This document shows, piece after piece, positions 10,418-20,256 of a stretch of DNA of 64,000 nucleotides. The DNA lies in assembly GCA_963662465.1 (NCBI GenBank), contig OY759599.1, positions 800,001 through 864,000 on the forward strand, in the 5' to 3' direction. This DNA comes from Desulfatiglandales bacterium. GTDB lineage: Bacteria > Desulfobacterota > DSM-4660 > Desulfatiglandales > Desulfatiglandaceae. Both the position numbers and the translations under genes were made by a program. Every line of letters begins with the position of its first letter. The first letter of the stretch is position 1. The notes beneath the pieces were generated by a model. It was not told the origin of the DNA. It made no database searches and saw nothing but the letters and a program-made list of their open reading frames with translations.

Positions 10418-10945
10418 TTATGCCCTCGGCTTGATGTCAAAACGGCAGACGCGGTCACCGGTGCACCAGCAGTCGATCTCCTTCACATCAAACTCTTTGC
10501 CCGTAAATTCCAGGAACAGGCCGTTGATAAACCCCTCATCGTAAGTACAGATGCTTTCATCAGTGATGGGCAGCCCGGAACAATCCAGATCCTCCGCCAC
10601 CGTCAGGATAAAGTGCATGTTCTCCATGTCGGCTTTTTCAACGCGCAGAATACCGATGCTCAAATCGGACAACAGCCTTTGTACCTCTTCAACAAATGCA
10701 TTGAAGTCAGACTTCTGCGTCACCAGATTCTTGAAAAACTGGCGGCCCGCGGACTGCCCGGCTTCGTAATAAATGCGGTCGGCGGCCTCGGGGCCATAAT
10801 GCTTGATCAGTACGTCGCGCAGGGTAAATTGCATGAGGCGGTAGACCGCCACGCTCATGGTGTTCCCCAGGTTGGGCCGACCTTCGGCGATATCGCCCAG
10901 CATACTCCAATCAAATTGCAGTTCATCCCGCTCTTCCTTAAACAT
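10418..10945 (-). CDS. V4R (4-vinyl reductase) domain ligand-binding protein
   Basis: EDLDCSGLP...ICTYDEGF...[14 protein letters not shown]ys pattern; first gene of the operon. Confidence 0.88.
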   Translation of the reverse strand: MFKEERDELQFDWSMLGDIAEGRPNLGNTMSVAVYRLMQFTLRDVLIKHYGPEAADRIYYEAGQSAGRQFFKNLVTQKSDFNAFVEEVQRLLSDLSIGILRVEKADMENMHFILTVAEDLDCSGLPITDESICTYDEGFINGLFLEFTGKEFDVKEIDCWCTGDRVCRFDIKPRA

Positions 10946-11048
10946 TATGAATCCTCCTTATTGTTATTAAATTCAGATTCTTGGATCATTATATGTCTAT
11001 CTTGGGCGCTCAGTCAATACCTCAAGTCTTTAATGTTGTATCGGGTTC

Positions 11049-11250
11049 CTATTGAAAAAACTCGTATTTTTCATCTCCGGGAGAGTGGGAGCAGGGCACG
11101 GACTGAAAATACAATCGAACGACGGCGCCGCCGTCCTGATGGTTACCGATCTCGATACGCCCCCCGTGTGCCTCGGCGATAAGCTTGGCGCCCAGCAGAC
11201 TCAACCCCACATTCTCATTTTCCGTTATCCTTTCAATTTGCGTTGATCGA
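11049..11250 (-). pseudogene. Orphan C-terminal fragment of a histidine kinase HATPase domain
   Basis: Manual translation ENVGLSLLGAKLIAEAHGGRIEIGNHQDGGAVVRLYF...stop; no start, overlaps the end of the upstream ORF. Confidence 0.65.
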
Positions 11251-11512
11251 AAATCATTGTAGATCCTTTTTCATTCAGGAATTCCGCGATCTCCAGTTCC
11301 AGACCCCTCAATAAATCTTCATATTCCGTTCTGCGAACAGGCGCCTCTTCCAGAGTGGATTGATTCCATTTTGTGAGTGCCTCGAAACAGATCTGGTAAT
11401 CATTGCAGAGGGTGTGAAACCCGTCATCGCTCTTGAGCAGGGAATGAATTGTTTTCTTTCGAAAGGGAAAGCGTTTAATCACATGAAAAAGACTCGATTT
11501 TATGACCGACAT
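11225..11512 (-). CDS. Small hypothetical protein (F..LC.DY..C motif)
   Basis: MSVIKSSLFHVIKRFP...FHTLCNDYQICFEAL...EYEDLLRGLELEI; divergent from the TolB-like/TPR gene. Confidence 0.6.
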   Translation of the reverse strand: MSVIKSSLFHVIKRFPFRKKTIHSLLKSDDGFHTLCNDYQICFEALTKWNQSTLEEAPVRRTEYEDLLRGLELEIAEFLNEKGSTMIFDQRKLKG

Positions 11513-11631
11513 GGTGACCCCCATAAAAAGACGGTTGTTAAGGTTTCTTGAAAGTGTATAATGGGCACGCTTTAAAACAACTAATTTAGGGTATATTAGG
11601 TAATGTGCGCGGATGATCCGGAAGGACCGAA

Positions 11632-13269
11632 ATGCCTCAAATAAACCAAATCGATTCGACGTCCTACCGGGAACCGGATCAGGCAATCAAGAATGAAGAA
11701 ATTCAACTTCAATTGAAAAGAATCCTTGATAGTCCTGAGTTTCACGGAACCCAAGGCCAGCGGGAATTTCTTCAGTTCGTGGTTTCTGAAACACTTGCCG
11801 GCAGAGCCGATGAGATCAAGGGATACACGGTTGCCACTCGGGTTTTCGGCAGGAAAAACGATTTCGACCCCAACCTCGATCCCATTGTCAGCATTCAGGC
11901 CAATAAATTGAGACGGGCTCTGGAACGGTATTATCTGGTAGCCGGCCAAAAGGATCCCCTTCGAATCGATATCCCCAAGGGCGGCTATGTGCCGTTCTTT
12001 CATCAACTGACAGCTGTGGAACCGGATGACGGGATTTGTTCCGCCAAAGGTTTGGGGTCCGCATCTGATGTATCCTGGCCTACGCTTCTGGTACGGCCTT
12101 TTGAGAATCTCACAAACGACCCGGACATGGACTATATGGCCATCGGTCTGGCAACAGAACTTGCCATGGAGATTACCCGATACCAGGAAATCATGGTTCT
12201 GATGGTTCGCCAAAAAGTCTCCGGAACGCAGATTATGCATGCGGAAGCCAGGTTTGCCCTTGATGGAAATATTCGTAAAGACGATTCCGGCATCAAAATT
12301 ACCGTACAGCTTACCGATTTATCCAACGGTTTGCAAATCTGGTGTGATCATAACCACTTTAAGCCGGACGCCGGTCGGATGATTCAATTTCAGGAAGCGG
12401 TGGCCCGAAGCGCCACCGCCAAAATCGGCAGTGAATGCGGTATCATCGCCAGAACCGTCGGTCGCGAATCCAAAGACACTCCCGCAACGCAATTGAAAAC
12501 CTACCAGGCCATTCTGCGATATCATGATTTCAGTGCCAACTTTACTCAGGATACCTTTGAACGTGCACTTGAAGCGCTTCAACTGGCAATCGACATCGAA
12601 CCGCAAAGGGGTCTCGTCTGGGCCATGCTGGCCCGCCTCTACGGTAACAATTACAGTCTGGAACTGTTCGATCGATTTATGCCGATGGGAGATGCTGTGG
12701 CATTTGCTCAGAAAGGGGCCAGGCTGGAACCTGAAAGCCAGTTGGTACGGCTGATCCTTGCCTATATACTCATGTTTGAAAACAACCTTAAAGAAGGAAT
12801 TGCCGAAGTAGACCGGGCAATTTTGCTGAATCCCAATGCACTGCTTCATATGGAAAACTGCGGATACCTGCTCACCCTTCTGGGAGACTGGCAGCGCGGG
12901 ACCGCACTGATCAATAAAGCCATCGAGCAGAATCCCTTCTATAACATCATTGTCCATCATGCCCTGTGGGTGGATTGGGTACGCCGGAAAGAATACCGGA
13001 TGGCATACATGGAAACCCTGAACTTCAGAACACCGAATCTTTTCTGGGAGCCGCTGATGAAGGCCGCAGGCTTCGGATTGCTGGGGAAAATTGACGAAGG
13101 ACGGCAGGCGGCAAAGGATTTGCTCAGGCTCAAACCGGATTTTCCCTCGCGGGGTCTTGTGCTGATCAGATACTACATTAAATTCAATGAGATTGTTGTT
13201 CGTATCGTCAAGGGCCTGCAAAACGTGGGGGTAGACCTCCATTTACCTGATAGTCGAGGAAAACCATGA
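11632..13269 (+). CDS. TolB-like/TPR protein with N-terminal winged-helix-like domain (adenylate-cyclase-associated type)
   Basis: QLKRILDSPEF...IKGYTVATRVFGR...DPIVSIQANKLRRALERYY...IPKGGYVP; VRPFENL TolB-like segment; TPRs. Confidence 0.75.
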   Translation: MPQINQIDSTSYREPDQAIKNEEIQLQLKRILDSPEFHGTQGQREFLQFVVSETLAGRADEIKGYTVATRVFGRKNDFDPNLDPIVSIQANKLRRALERYYLVAGQKDPLRIDIPKGGYVPFFHQLTAVEPDDGICSAKGLGSASDVSWPTLLVRPFENLTNDPDMDYMAIGLATELAMEITRYQEIMVLMVRQKVSGTQIMHAEARFALDGNIRKDDSGIKITVQLTDLSNGLQIWCDHNHFKPDAGRMIQFQEAVARSATAKIGSECGIIARTVGRESKDTPATQLKTYQAILRYHDFSANFTQDTFERALEALQLAIDIEPQRGLVWAMLARLYGNNYSLELFDRFMPMGDAVAFAQKGARLEPESQLVRLILAYILMFENNLKEGIAEVDRAILLNPNALLHMENCGYLLTLLGDWQRGTALINKAIEQNPFYNIIVHHALWVDWVRRKEYRMAYMETLNFRTPNLFWEPLMKAAGFGLLGKIDEGRQAAKDLLRLKPDFPSRGLVLIRYYIKFNEIVVRIVKGLQNVGVDLHLPDSRGKP

Positions 13270-14774
13270 CAAAAAGGCAGAGAGGTTCCCGATGGGCTAT
13301 CCGTCCTTTGGTGCCGGAAACGGTGTACACGGATCGGAAGGAATACCTGGATTATCTGTACCGGTCCGCCCTGGAAACCATCACCCGTCGCAGCATGTCC
13401 ACGGTTTTGTTAGGCCGGCGCCGCATGGGCAAGACCGAAATCTTCAAACGGGTGGTCAACCGACTTTTTTTTGATCAGGAAAACCCGGCGGATCTGGATC
13501 ACAGCGTGGCGCCGGTCTATTTCAGTTTTCCGGATACGGTGGTGGATCGCTGGGATTTCAGTAACACCCGTCTGCCCCAGTACAGCTTTGACATCGTGGG
13601 TTGGATGCAGCAGGCGGTGGAATCCCCCACCTGTCCTCATTTCGTGACCGGTTCGGCCATGGGCATCCTGGCCAGGGAGATTCTGGGTTGGGGCGCCTTG
13701 TTCGGTCGCTTCAGAAGCAAACCCATTGAGCCGTTGACCCAGTACTGGGGGGCCGAACTGGCCTTGCGGGCCGGACGCTATTTCCATTGGGAAACCCCCG
13801 AAGAAATGGCCCCTGTGATAGCGGAACGATGCGGCGGCAATCCTTTCTATATCCAAGCCGTGGCCCAGCAGGCCGGAGAGCAGGGAAAAGTGTTGGATTC
13901 TGAAAGGCAATTGGGGCACATCCTGGCCGTTGATCTTTCCTCCGGTTTCATCTGAGGGGAGTTGAGCGATCAGGTCAACCGCTGGATCGAAAGGATCAAT
14001 ACCTCCGGGATTACCAAGGCCATCCTCTACCTGTCGGCGCTGGAGGAAGGAGAACGTCTGGACCTGAACCGTATTCAGAAAGAGGTATGGAAACGGGAAG
14101 GGGTGGATGTTCCCATGGCAGAAATCCGGGATGTGCTGATAAAACTCTCCCGGGGGGATCTTCTGGAATACATGGAACTGGGGGGCTGGTTCCGAAAGGT
14201 GCGGGATCCCATCCTGCTGGAGTTCTTGAAGGTGTGGGGGCGTATCGAAGTCGATTCAATGGATGCGGCCCAGGTTCAAAATGAACTGATAACCGGTTAT
14301 CGAAAGCAGAAACGCCGGTTCAGCGAATACAAGGGATATTTGGCGGAAGTCTTCATGGCCCAGGTCCTGTGGGCGGCCCAGGACAAGACACTTTCGGGAG
14401 ATTTTTTTCATGCCGATCATGATGTGTTTTTTCCTCGGTTCATCTTTGTACGCCACCGCATGACACTCGGTTCCGGCAAAGGCCGGGAGATCGATGTGGT
14501 GGGGGCCGGCGGCGGGTACAACTGGGTTTGTCAGAGCAAATGGGTCAAGGGAAAGAAAGTGGGGCCTTCGGCTGTGAAGGAATTGATGGAACAAAGGGAA
14601 GTGGTTCGAAAAGATCTGGACGCCATCACCATGACCGCCTGGCTGTTCGCCTGTGAAGGATTGACGCCCGAAGCGGAGAAACTGGCTGAGGCTGAGGGCA
14701 TTCTCTGGTCAAAAATCCATGATTTCAATGAATTGCTTACGCACATGGGGCTAAGAAAATTGCCGGATTTATGA
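13266..14774 (+). pseudogene. P-loop ATPase fused to a C-terminal PD-(D/E)XK restriction-endonuclease-like domain; in-frame TGA at 13953 and probable internal deletion near 13560
   Basis: Walker A GRRRMGKT; ORFs 13266-13955 and 13962-14774 share a frame (GFI*GELSDQ); C-terminal EIDVV...CQSKW; no Walker B visible. Confidence 0.7.
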
Positions 14775-14796
14775 TCTTTATTGAAAGGGGTTAATC

Positions 14797-16518
14797 GTGA
14801 AAAATTTACTTATGAAATGGGTTGTTTTTTTTCTAATTTCATTGCCGGTATGCGTTTTTTCGGGCTGTTCGGACAATGACGGTACGGAAGGAAAGACGGC
14901 CCAAATTGCGGTGATGGTGACCGGCGATCTGGAAAGTCGTATTGTTCCCCAGGATATATTACGAGATGGCCAAACCCTGTCGGTTGGCGGACTTTCGCGG
15001 ATTGCGGTGGCAGCAAAAGCAGTTCGCGGTACGGTGGATGGTTCCTTGCTGCTGTCTGCGGGAAACGATGTTTTGGGTTCCTTCTACCATATGTTTCAAG
15101 GCAAACCCGAAATGCAGGGCATGACCATGGCAGGTTATGACGCGGTAACACCCGGCACACATGAGTTTGACTACGGTACTTCGGTCTACGCCGGCGCCCT
15201 TCAGTTTGCCGGTTTTGATGTGATATCCGCCAACCTTGAGGTCAGCGACGAAACGGTTTCCGACCGGATTCCGCCCTGTGTTGTCAAGGAAATCGCCGGA
15301 ATTCGCGTCGGTATTTTCGGCCTCACGGCGCCTGATTTTGCGTTGCTGTGCAATCCAACAGGCGGCGGTGTTCAGGTGGATCCGGATATTATCCCCATTT
15401 CGAAGGGTCTGGTGAACCAGTTGAGACTGAACGCATGTGACGTGGTGATCGCACTGACCCATATGGGCCTTTCATGGGCGCGGGAACTGGCCCGGAGTGT
15501 TGATGGCATCGATATCATTATTGACGGTTACGACCGCACCCCCATTTATGAGACGGTCAACAATACCGTCATTGTTCAGGAAGCTTCGGGCGGCGAATAC
15601 CTCACTGTTTTGAATTTTACCTTTCAGAACGGGTATATCCGGCATCCATCGTTAAAGCGGCTTCTGATGGATTCACAGGTGGGCTCCGACCCTGAAATCC
15701 AGTCCCTGATGGAATCCTACATGACCTTGTACGAGGAAGGGCTCAGTCAGAAGATCGGCGAGTCCCTCGTTGATCTGGATGCCCGTGAGGACCAGCTGCG
15801 CAGGGGCGAAACCAACCTGGGTGACCTGGTGGCCGACAGCTGGACGGAGCGGTTCCCGCGGGCCGACATATCTCTGGTAAACAGCGGTTCAATCCGGGGT
15901 TCGAGGATCTATCCGGCCGGCCCCCTGACCTATTTGACCGTCAATGAGATCCTCCCTTTTCGGGGCAGAATCATCATGGTGGAAATGACGGGCGCCGATA
16001 TCCGGCAGGCCCTTGAAATTTCGGCATCGGCCATCCGTGTGACGGAAGATGGGTGCGCGGAAGGCAACCGGGCCCCAACAGGCGGTTTTCTGCAGGTGGG
16101 GAGGCTCCGAATAACCCTTGATTTGGAAAAACCGTGCTTTTGTGGTTATTATTCGGGCAAAGAACTGGAAGAAGTGATTCATTACGGCTCAAGAGTTGCG
16201 GATGTTCTGGTGTACCGGGATAACGACTGGGTTCAACTGGAGGCTTCGGAAACATACCGGGTACTGGTCAATGCCTATATTTCCGAAGGGGGAGACGGGC
16301 AGTACCTGTTTCTGAAAGACGGACTCGAAAAAATCCCCACAAACATGGTTACAACCGATGTGCTGGCGGATTATATCATTCGGCGCACGCCCATCTCGCC
16401 TGAAATCGATGGCAGAATCGATCTGTCAGCTACCTGCTGGAACGGGTACGGTATATCCACCGCAACCCATTGCGGGCAGGGATCATTAGGAGACAGCCAT
16501 GAGCCCCCAAACCCATGA
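14797..16518 (+). CDS. 5'-nucleotidase / calcineurin-like metallophosphoesterase lipoprotein
   Basis: Lipobox FSGC; GTHEFDYG, ALTHMG, ETNLGDLVAD, NSGSIRG, ILPF motifs. Confidence 0.85.
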   Translation: MKNLLMKWVVFFLISLPVCVFSGCSDNDGTEGKTAQIAVMVTGDLESRIVPQDILRDGQTLSVGGLSRIAVAAKAVRGTVDGSLLLSAGNDVLGSFYHMFQGKPEMQGMTMAGYDAVTPGTHEFDYGTSVYAGALQFAGFDVISANLEVSDETVSDRIPPCVVKEIAGIRVGIFGLTAPDFALLCNPTGGGVQVDPDIIPISKGLVNQLRLNACDVVIALTHMGLSWARELARSVDGIDIIIDGYDRTPIYETVNNTVIVQEASGGEYLTVLNFTFQNGYIRHPSLKRLLMDSQVGSDPEIQSLMESYMTLYEEGLSQKIGESLVDLDAREDQLRRGETNLGDLVADSWTERFPRADISLVNSGSIRGSRIYPAGPLTYLTVNEILPFRGRIIMVEMTGADIRQALEISASAIRVTEDGCAEGNRAPTGGFLQVGRLRITLDLEKPCFCGYYSGKELEEVIHYGSRVADVLVYRDNDWVQLEASETYRVLVNAYISEGGDGQYLFLKDGLEKIPTNMVTTDVLADYIIRRTPISPEIDGRIDLSATCWNGYGISTATHCGQGSLGDSHEPPNP

Positions 16519-17329
16519 GAATCCGGACCATGACCCATTGCTGGTCCCTACCCAAGAGCAGTGGAACCTGATGTCGGAAGCGGAAAAAAACATAAAAGAA
16601 GCACGGATCATCGCAGCGCTGGAACGGGAATTCAACATGCTGGGCGAAACAACCCTTCATTTTGATGCCAGGGCCTCTGCAAGCGAAGTGTTGCGCCGTT
16701 ATTTCAAGGACCAGGGCAAGACGGTTTTTGTGGCATCCGACCTGCATACCCTCTATCCGGGGGAGCGTGCCTTTTATCCCGATCTCCTGGTGGTTTTTGA
16801 TGTGCCGGATCATCATCGGCGCAGCTGGAATGTTTTGAGGGAAGGAAAGGGCCTTGATTTTGTGATGGAAATTCTGTCAAGGGAAACCAAGCGAAAAGAC
16901 CGGGTGGAAAAATTGAACCTTTATGCCCGGGTGGGCATTCCGGAGTACATCATTTTTGATCCGGATGCGTTGAGATTGCGTGGATACCATCTGGTCAAAA
17001 ATATATACCAGGAGATGGCCGAAACAGACGGCTATTGTTTTTCCAAAATCCTGGGGCTTCAGGTGCGGGTTGATGGAGACAAGATCCGATTTTCCGTGCC
17101 GGAGGGTTTGGAAATCCCATTTTCCGATGAACTCACCGCCCGTCTGAACGAAAAAATCGGTCGAAAAGACAGGCTCATCGCTGATTATGCCAGAGAATTG
17201 AAAGCTTTGGAACAGATCGCCGAGACGGAAAGAGAACGGGCCGAAGCGGAAGAGCAGCGGGCCGAAGCGGAAAAACGGCGGGCGGATGAGGCGGAAGAAG
17301 AAATAAAGCGATTGCGGACCCTGCTTTAA
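16499..17329 (+). CDS. Uma2 family endonuclease with coiled-coil tail
   Basis: PDLLVV, MEILS, LYARVGIPEYIIFDP; ERERAEAE repeats. Confidence 0.85.
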   Translation: MSPQTHENPDHDPLLVPTQEQWNLMSEAEKNIKEARIIAALEREFNMLGETTLHFDARASASEVLRRYFKDQGKTVFVASDLHTLYPGERAFYPDLLVVFDVPDHHRRSWNVLREGKGLDFVMEILSRETKRKDRVEKLNLYARVGIPEYIIFDPDALRLRGYHLVKNIYQEMAETDGYCFSKILGLQVRVDGDKIRFSVPEGLEIPFSDELTARLNEKIGRKDRLIADYARELKALEQIAETERERAEAEEQRAEAEKRRADEAEEEIKRLRTLL

Positions 17330-17334
17330 ATCGA

Positions 17335-17635
17335 GGTCATTTTTGCCCTTCTCTTCTCCGCCCATCACCCCCAAAGCTGTTGCAACATTCTTCAGCACTT
17401 TGCCGAAAGCGGAAATTTCCGCTTCATGGGTATATGCTTCGCCTCCCTTGAGCGAGAATAATGTCCGGATGATCATGGCGAAGCTGTGCTTCTTCTCCCG
17501 AACCGGCGATAACGCCGACCGTTTCATTGGAGAGTTTATCCAAGGTCAGCGGATTCTGGTTCGTTCTGAATGCCAGATTGCCCTGAACGGCGAAAACAGG
17601 CTCGGAAAAGGACAAAAATATCTCCCGTAACTTGT
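17335..17635 (-). pseudogene. Collapsed remnant of a paralogous sensor kinase: PBP fragment joined to an Hpt fragment
   Basis: FLSFSEPVF...VGVIAGSGEEAQLR matches PBP2 of 2771-7561; ISAFGKVLKNVATALGVMG matches [19 protein letters not shown] of 7621-10413. Confidence 0.7.
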
Positions 17636-17724
17636 GATTTAAGCGCTTCAAACCTTGCGATTTCTTTGATACAATACTTTTTTGGGATACATGAGAAGAA
17701 AAAAGGAAAAGGTGAAGTCAGGAT

Positions 17725-18465
17725 ATGGCCCTAAAAGAACTGCTGGCAAAAATTGACGATCGGCAAAACCGAATCAATGAAATGCGCCCCCTGGCCGGTG
17801 AAACGCTTGCTTCCCTGAGAGATTACTACAAAATAGGGCTTACCTGGTCAAGTAATGCCATGGAAGGAAACACCCTGACGGAATCCGAAACAAAAGTTGT
17901 CATTGAAGACGGTCTCACCATTGGGGGAAAACCGCTGAGGGATCATCTCGAAGCGTGCGGCCATGCCGACGCTTTTCAGGAAATGATGGCGTGGATACAA
18001 AAACAGACCATCAACGAAGATGATCTTCTTAAAATGCATCATCTATTCTACCGAAAAATTGACCCGGATAATGCCGGTGTATATCGAAAAAACAGGGTTT
18101 TTATTTCAGGTTCACATTATCCGCTCCCTGATCCCGAGCGGGTTCCCGATTTGATTAAAAACCTGATCGCAACCATTGAAAAAAATCGAACCACAATGCA
18201 TCCGGTGCTGACAGCGGCAAGGGCGCATCTTGACTTTGTGTTGATTCATCCCTTTGTCGATGGTAACGGAAGAGTGGCAAGGCTTATGATGAACCTTATC
18301 CTTTTGCAGGGAGGCTTCGGCATTGCGTTGATTTCGCCCATACTTCGGTCGGATTATATCGCATCTCTCGAAGCCGCCCGAAAAAACGATGACGCCTTCT
18401 TAATGCTGATTTGCGGATGCGTATACGAGACACAAAAGGATTATTTAAGGATGATGGGGTTCTGA
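17725..18465 (+). CDS. Fic family protein
   Basis: Canonical HPFVDGNGRVAR; SNAMEGN inhibitory motif. Confidence 0.92.
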   Translation: MALKELLAKIDDRQNRINEMRPLAGETLASLRDYYKIGLTWSSNAMEGNTLTESETKVVIEDGLTIGGKPLRDHLEACGHADAFQEMMAWIQKQTINEDDLLKMHHLFYRKIDPDNAGVYRKNRVFISGSHYPLPDPERVPDLIKNLIATIEKNRTTMHPVLTAARAHLDFVLIHPFVDGNGRVARLMMNLILLQGGFGIALISPILRSDYIASLEAARKNDDAFLMLICGCVYETQKDYLRMMGF

Positions 18466-18500
18466 ACGCGGGGTCAACTCTTCAAAAGCTTGCCCTGATG

Positions 18501-19388
18501 TCAATATTTCCTGCGCCGCATGTGCCCAACGCTTTCAATGACTACCAGCAGGAGTCCGAACCATACCAGTGAAAAGGTAACCAGTCTCCCCGATGGGAAG
18601 CTTTCCTTGTAAATCCAATAGCCCAATACGCCCATCATTGTCGGTGCGATGTACTGCATCATGCCTACAATGGAATAGTTGAGTTTTTTTGTGGCGCTGA
18701 TAAACCAGATGAGCGGCAGCGTGGTGACGAGTCCCGCCGACAACAGCAGACCGGTGGTTAAAACTCCATGGTTCAGGAATGCAAGGCCATCATGTCGACT
18801 CAGGTAGATCAGATAAGCAACCGCAAACGGCAGCAGCAAAAGCGTTTCAATCAGCAATCCTTCACTGCCGCCGATGTTGGCCTTTTTGCGGATCAAACCG
18901 TAGGTCCCGAATGTGCCGGCCATAATGATGGCCAGCGTGGGGAATTGTCCGAACCGAAAAATCTCCTGGGTTACGCCGATGGTCGCCAGCAATACCGCAA
19001 ACATCTGAATCCTGGACAATTTTTCCTTTAAAATAATGGCGGCGAGCGCCACATTGACCAACGGGTTTATGAAATACCCGAGACTGGCTTCAAGGACTCT
19101 CCCATTTACGACGGCATATATGTAGGTCAACCAGTTGATGGTCAGCAGGACCGCGCCGATGCCCAATGTCCACCCATTGCGTTTGAGCAGTGAAATGGCG
19201 CTCTTGAAGAACTTTCGATTGATGATCAGCAGCAATCCCGCCAGGATGAATGTCGACCAGATGATGCGATGGGATACAATTTCAAGGGGCGATACCGCCG
19301 ACATGGCTTTGAAATAAAACGGGGTCAATCCCCAGAAAACGAATGCGGCGGCCGCCAGAAGAAAGCCGGTTCTTTGATCCCCATCCAT
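18501..19388 (-). CDS. rarD: EamA family transporter RarD
   Basis: EIVSHRIIWS, EASLGYFINPL, QYIAPT motifs. Confidence 0.92.
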   Translation of the reverse strand: MDGDQRTGFLLAAAAFVFWGLTPFYFKAMSAVSPLEIVSHRIIWSTFILAGLLLIINRKFFKSAISLLKRNGWTLGIGAVLLTINWLTYIYAVVNGRVLEASLGYFINPLVNVALAAIILKEKLSRIQMFAVLLATIGVTQEIFRFGQFPTLAIIMAGTFGTYGLIRKKANIGGSEGLLIETLLLLPFAVAYLIYLSRHDGLAFLNHGVLTTGLLLSAGLVTTLPLIWFISATKKLNYSIVGMMQYIAPTMMGVLGYWIYKESFPSGRLVTFSLVWFGLLLVVIESVGHMRRRKY

Positions 19389-19393
19389 CTAAT

Positions 19394-19894
19394 TTAACTG
19401 ACAAGCTTAAACTTTTCTTTTACAGCCCCGCAAACCGGACAGTTGTCCTTTGGCGCATCCTCAGCCACAAACCCGCAAACCTGGCAGACATAATAGTCGG
19501 TTTCCCGTTCCGACAGCATATCGTTCATGGCTTTTTTGTAGAGGTCCGCATGACCGCTTTCCACGTCCCGGGACCTTGAAAAGGCCTTGGCGATGGATTC
19601 CTTTCCCTCATCCGCGGCATCCTTGATGAGTTTCGGATATTCCGTCACATTGGCATTGATTTCGTTGTTGAAAGCGGTTTCCAGGTTTTCCTCCGTTGAT
19701 CCGATTTTGCCCCGCATTAATTCCAGATACCGGCGTGCATGCACGGACTCAGCCGCTGAAATGGCACGAAACAAGTGAGCAATTTGGGTGTAACCTTCGG
19801 TTTCCGCCTTTTTGGCGAAGGCTTCATTTCGAATCGCGGCCTTGGATTCCGCGGCAAAGGCATAGGCCAGATTTTTTTCCGTCAAATCCGTCAT
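19394..19894 (-). CDS. rbr: Rubrerythrin family protein
   Basis: TEKNL..AFAAES, ESVHA, ESGH diiron motifs; CQVCG...CPVCG rubredoxin domain. Start MTDL at 19894. Confidence 0.9.
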   Translation of the reverse strand: MTDLTEKNLAYAFAAESKAAIRNEAFAKKAETEGYTQIAHLFRAISAAESVHARRYLELMRGKIGSTEENLETAFNNEINANVTEYPKLIKDAADEGKESIAKAFSRSRDVESGHADLYKKAMNDMLSERETDYYVCQVCGFVAEDAPKDNCPVCGAVKEKFKLVS

Positions 19895-20095
19895 TGGGTT
19901 GACCTCCCTAAAATTCAATGATGATGCGTTTTTGTTTCTTTGCGCGGGCGATGAACCGTGTAAGGGTTTCCCGCATGAAACTTGCGCCACAATATTGCAT
20001 CAAGCGATAGCCAAGTCAAATGTTCATGTAAAAAGGTTCGATCTGCGTGGTTGGTTTTTCTCTCTAATTGATCCATGGGGAGTTAGTGGGGTATT

Positions 20096-20256
20096 GGTTT
20101 TCACGAAATGGCCTCTTGCATCAAGCTTTTTCATGGCTTATACTCATTTTTCAAGATTATGGTTTTTATGAATCCAATTTCACGGAAAGATATCGTTTTT
20201 CATGAACTCGGAAACCCCACATCGTTTTTCAGAGGCAGTCACGGTTTTTCATGAAA
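20096..20256 (+). promoter_or_regulatory. Iterated GTTTT(T)CAYGAA-like direct repeats around the Fic start (putative operator array)
   Basis: About six imperfect copies, e.g. gttttcacgaa, gtttttatgaa, gtttttcatgaa (x2), gtttttcagag. Confidence 0.4.

Noticed and set aside
13953..13955. In-frame TGA followed by a small hairpin (GTTGA...TCAAC) as possible selenocysteine or readthrough
   Set aside because: The context GFI*GEL suggests Trp, not a redox Cys, and the gene also appears internally deleted, so a nonsense mutation is simpler.
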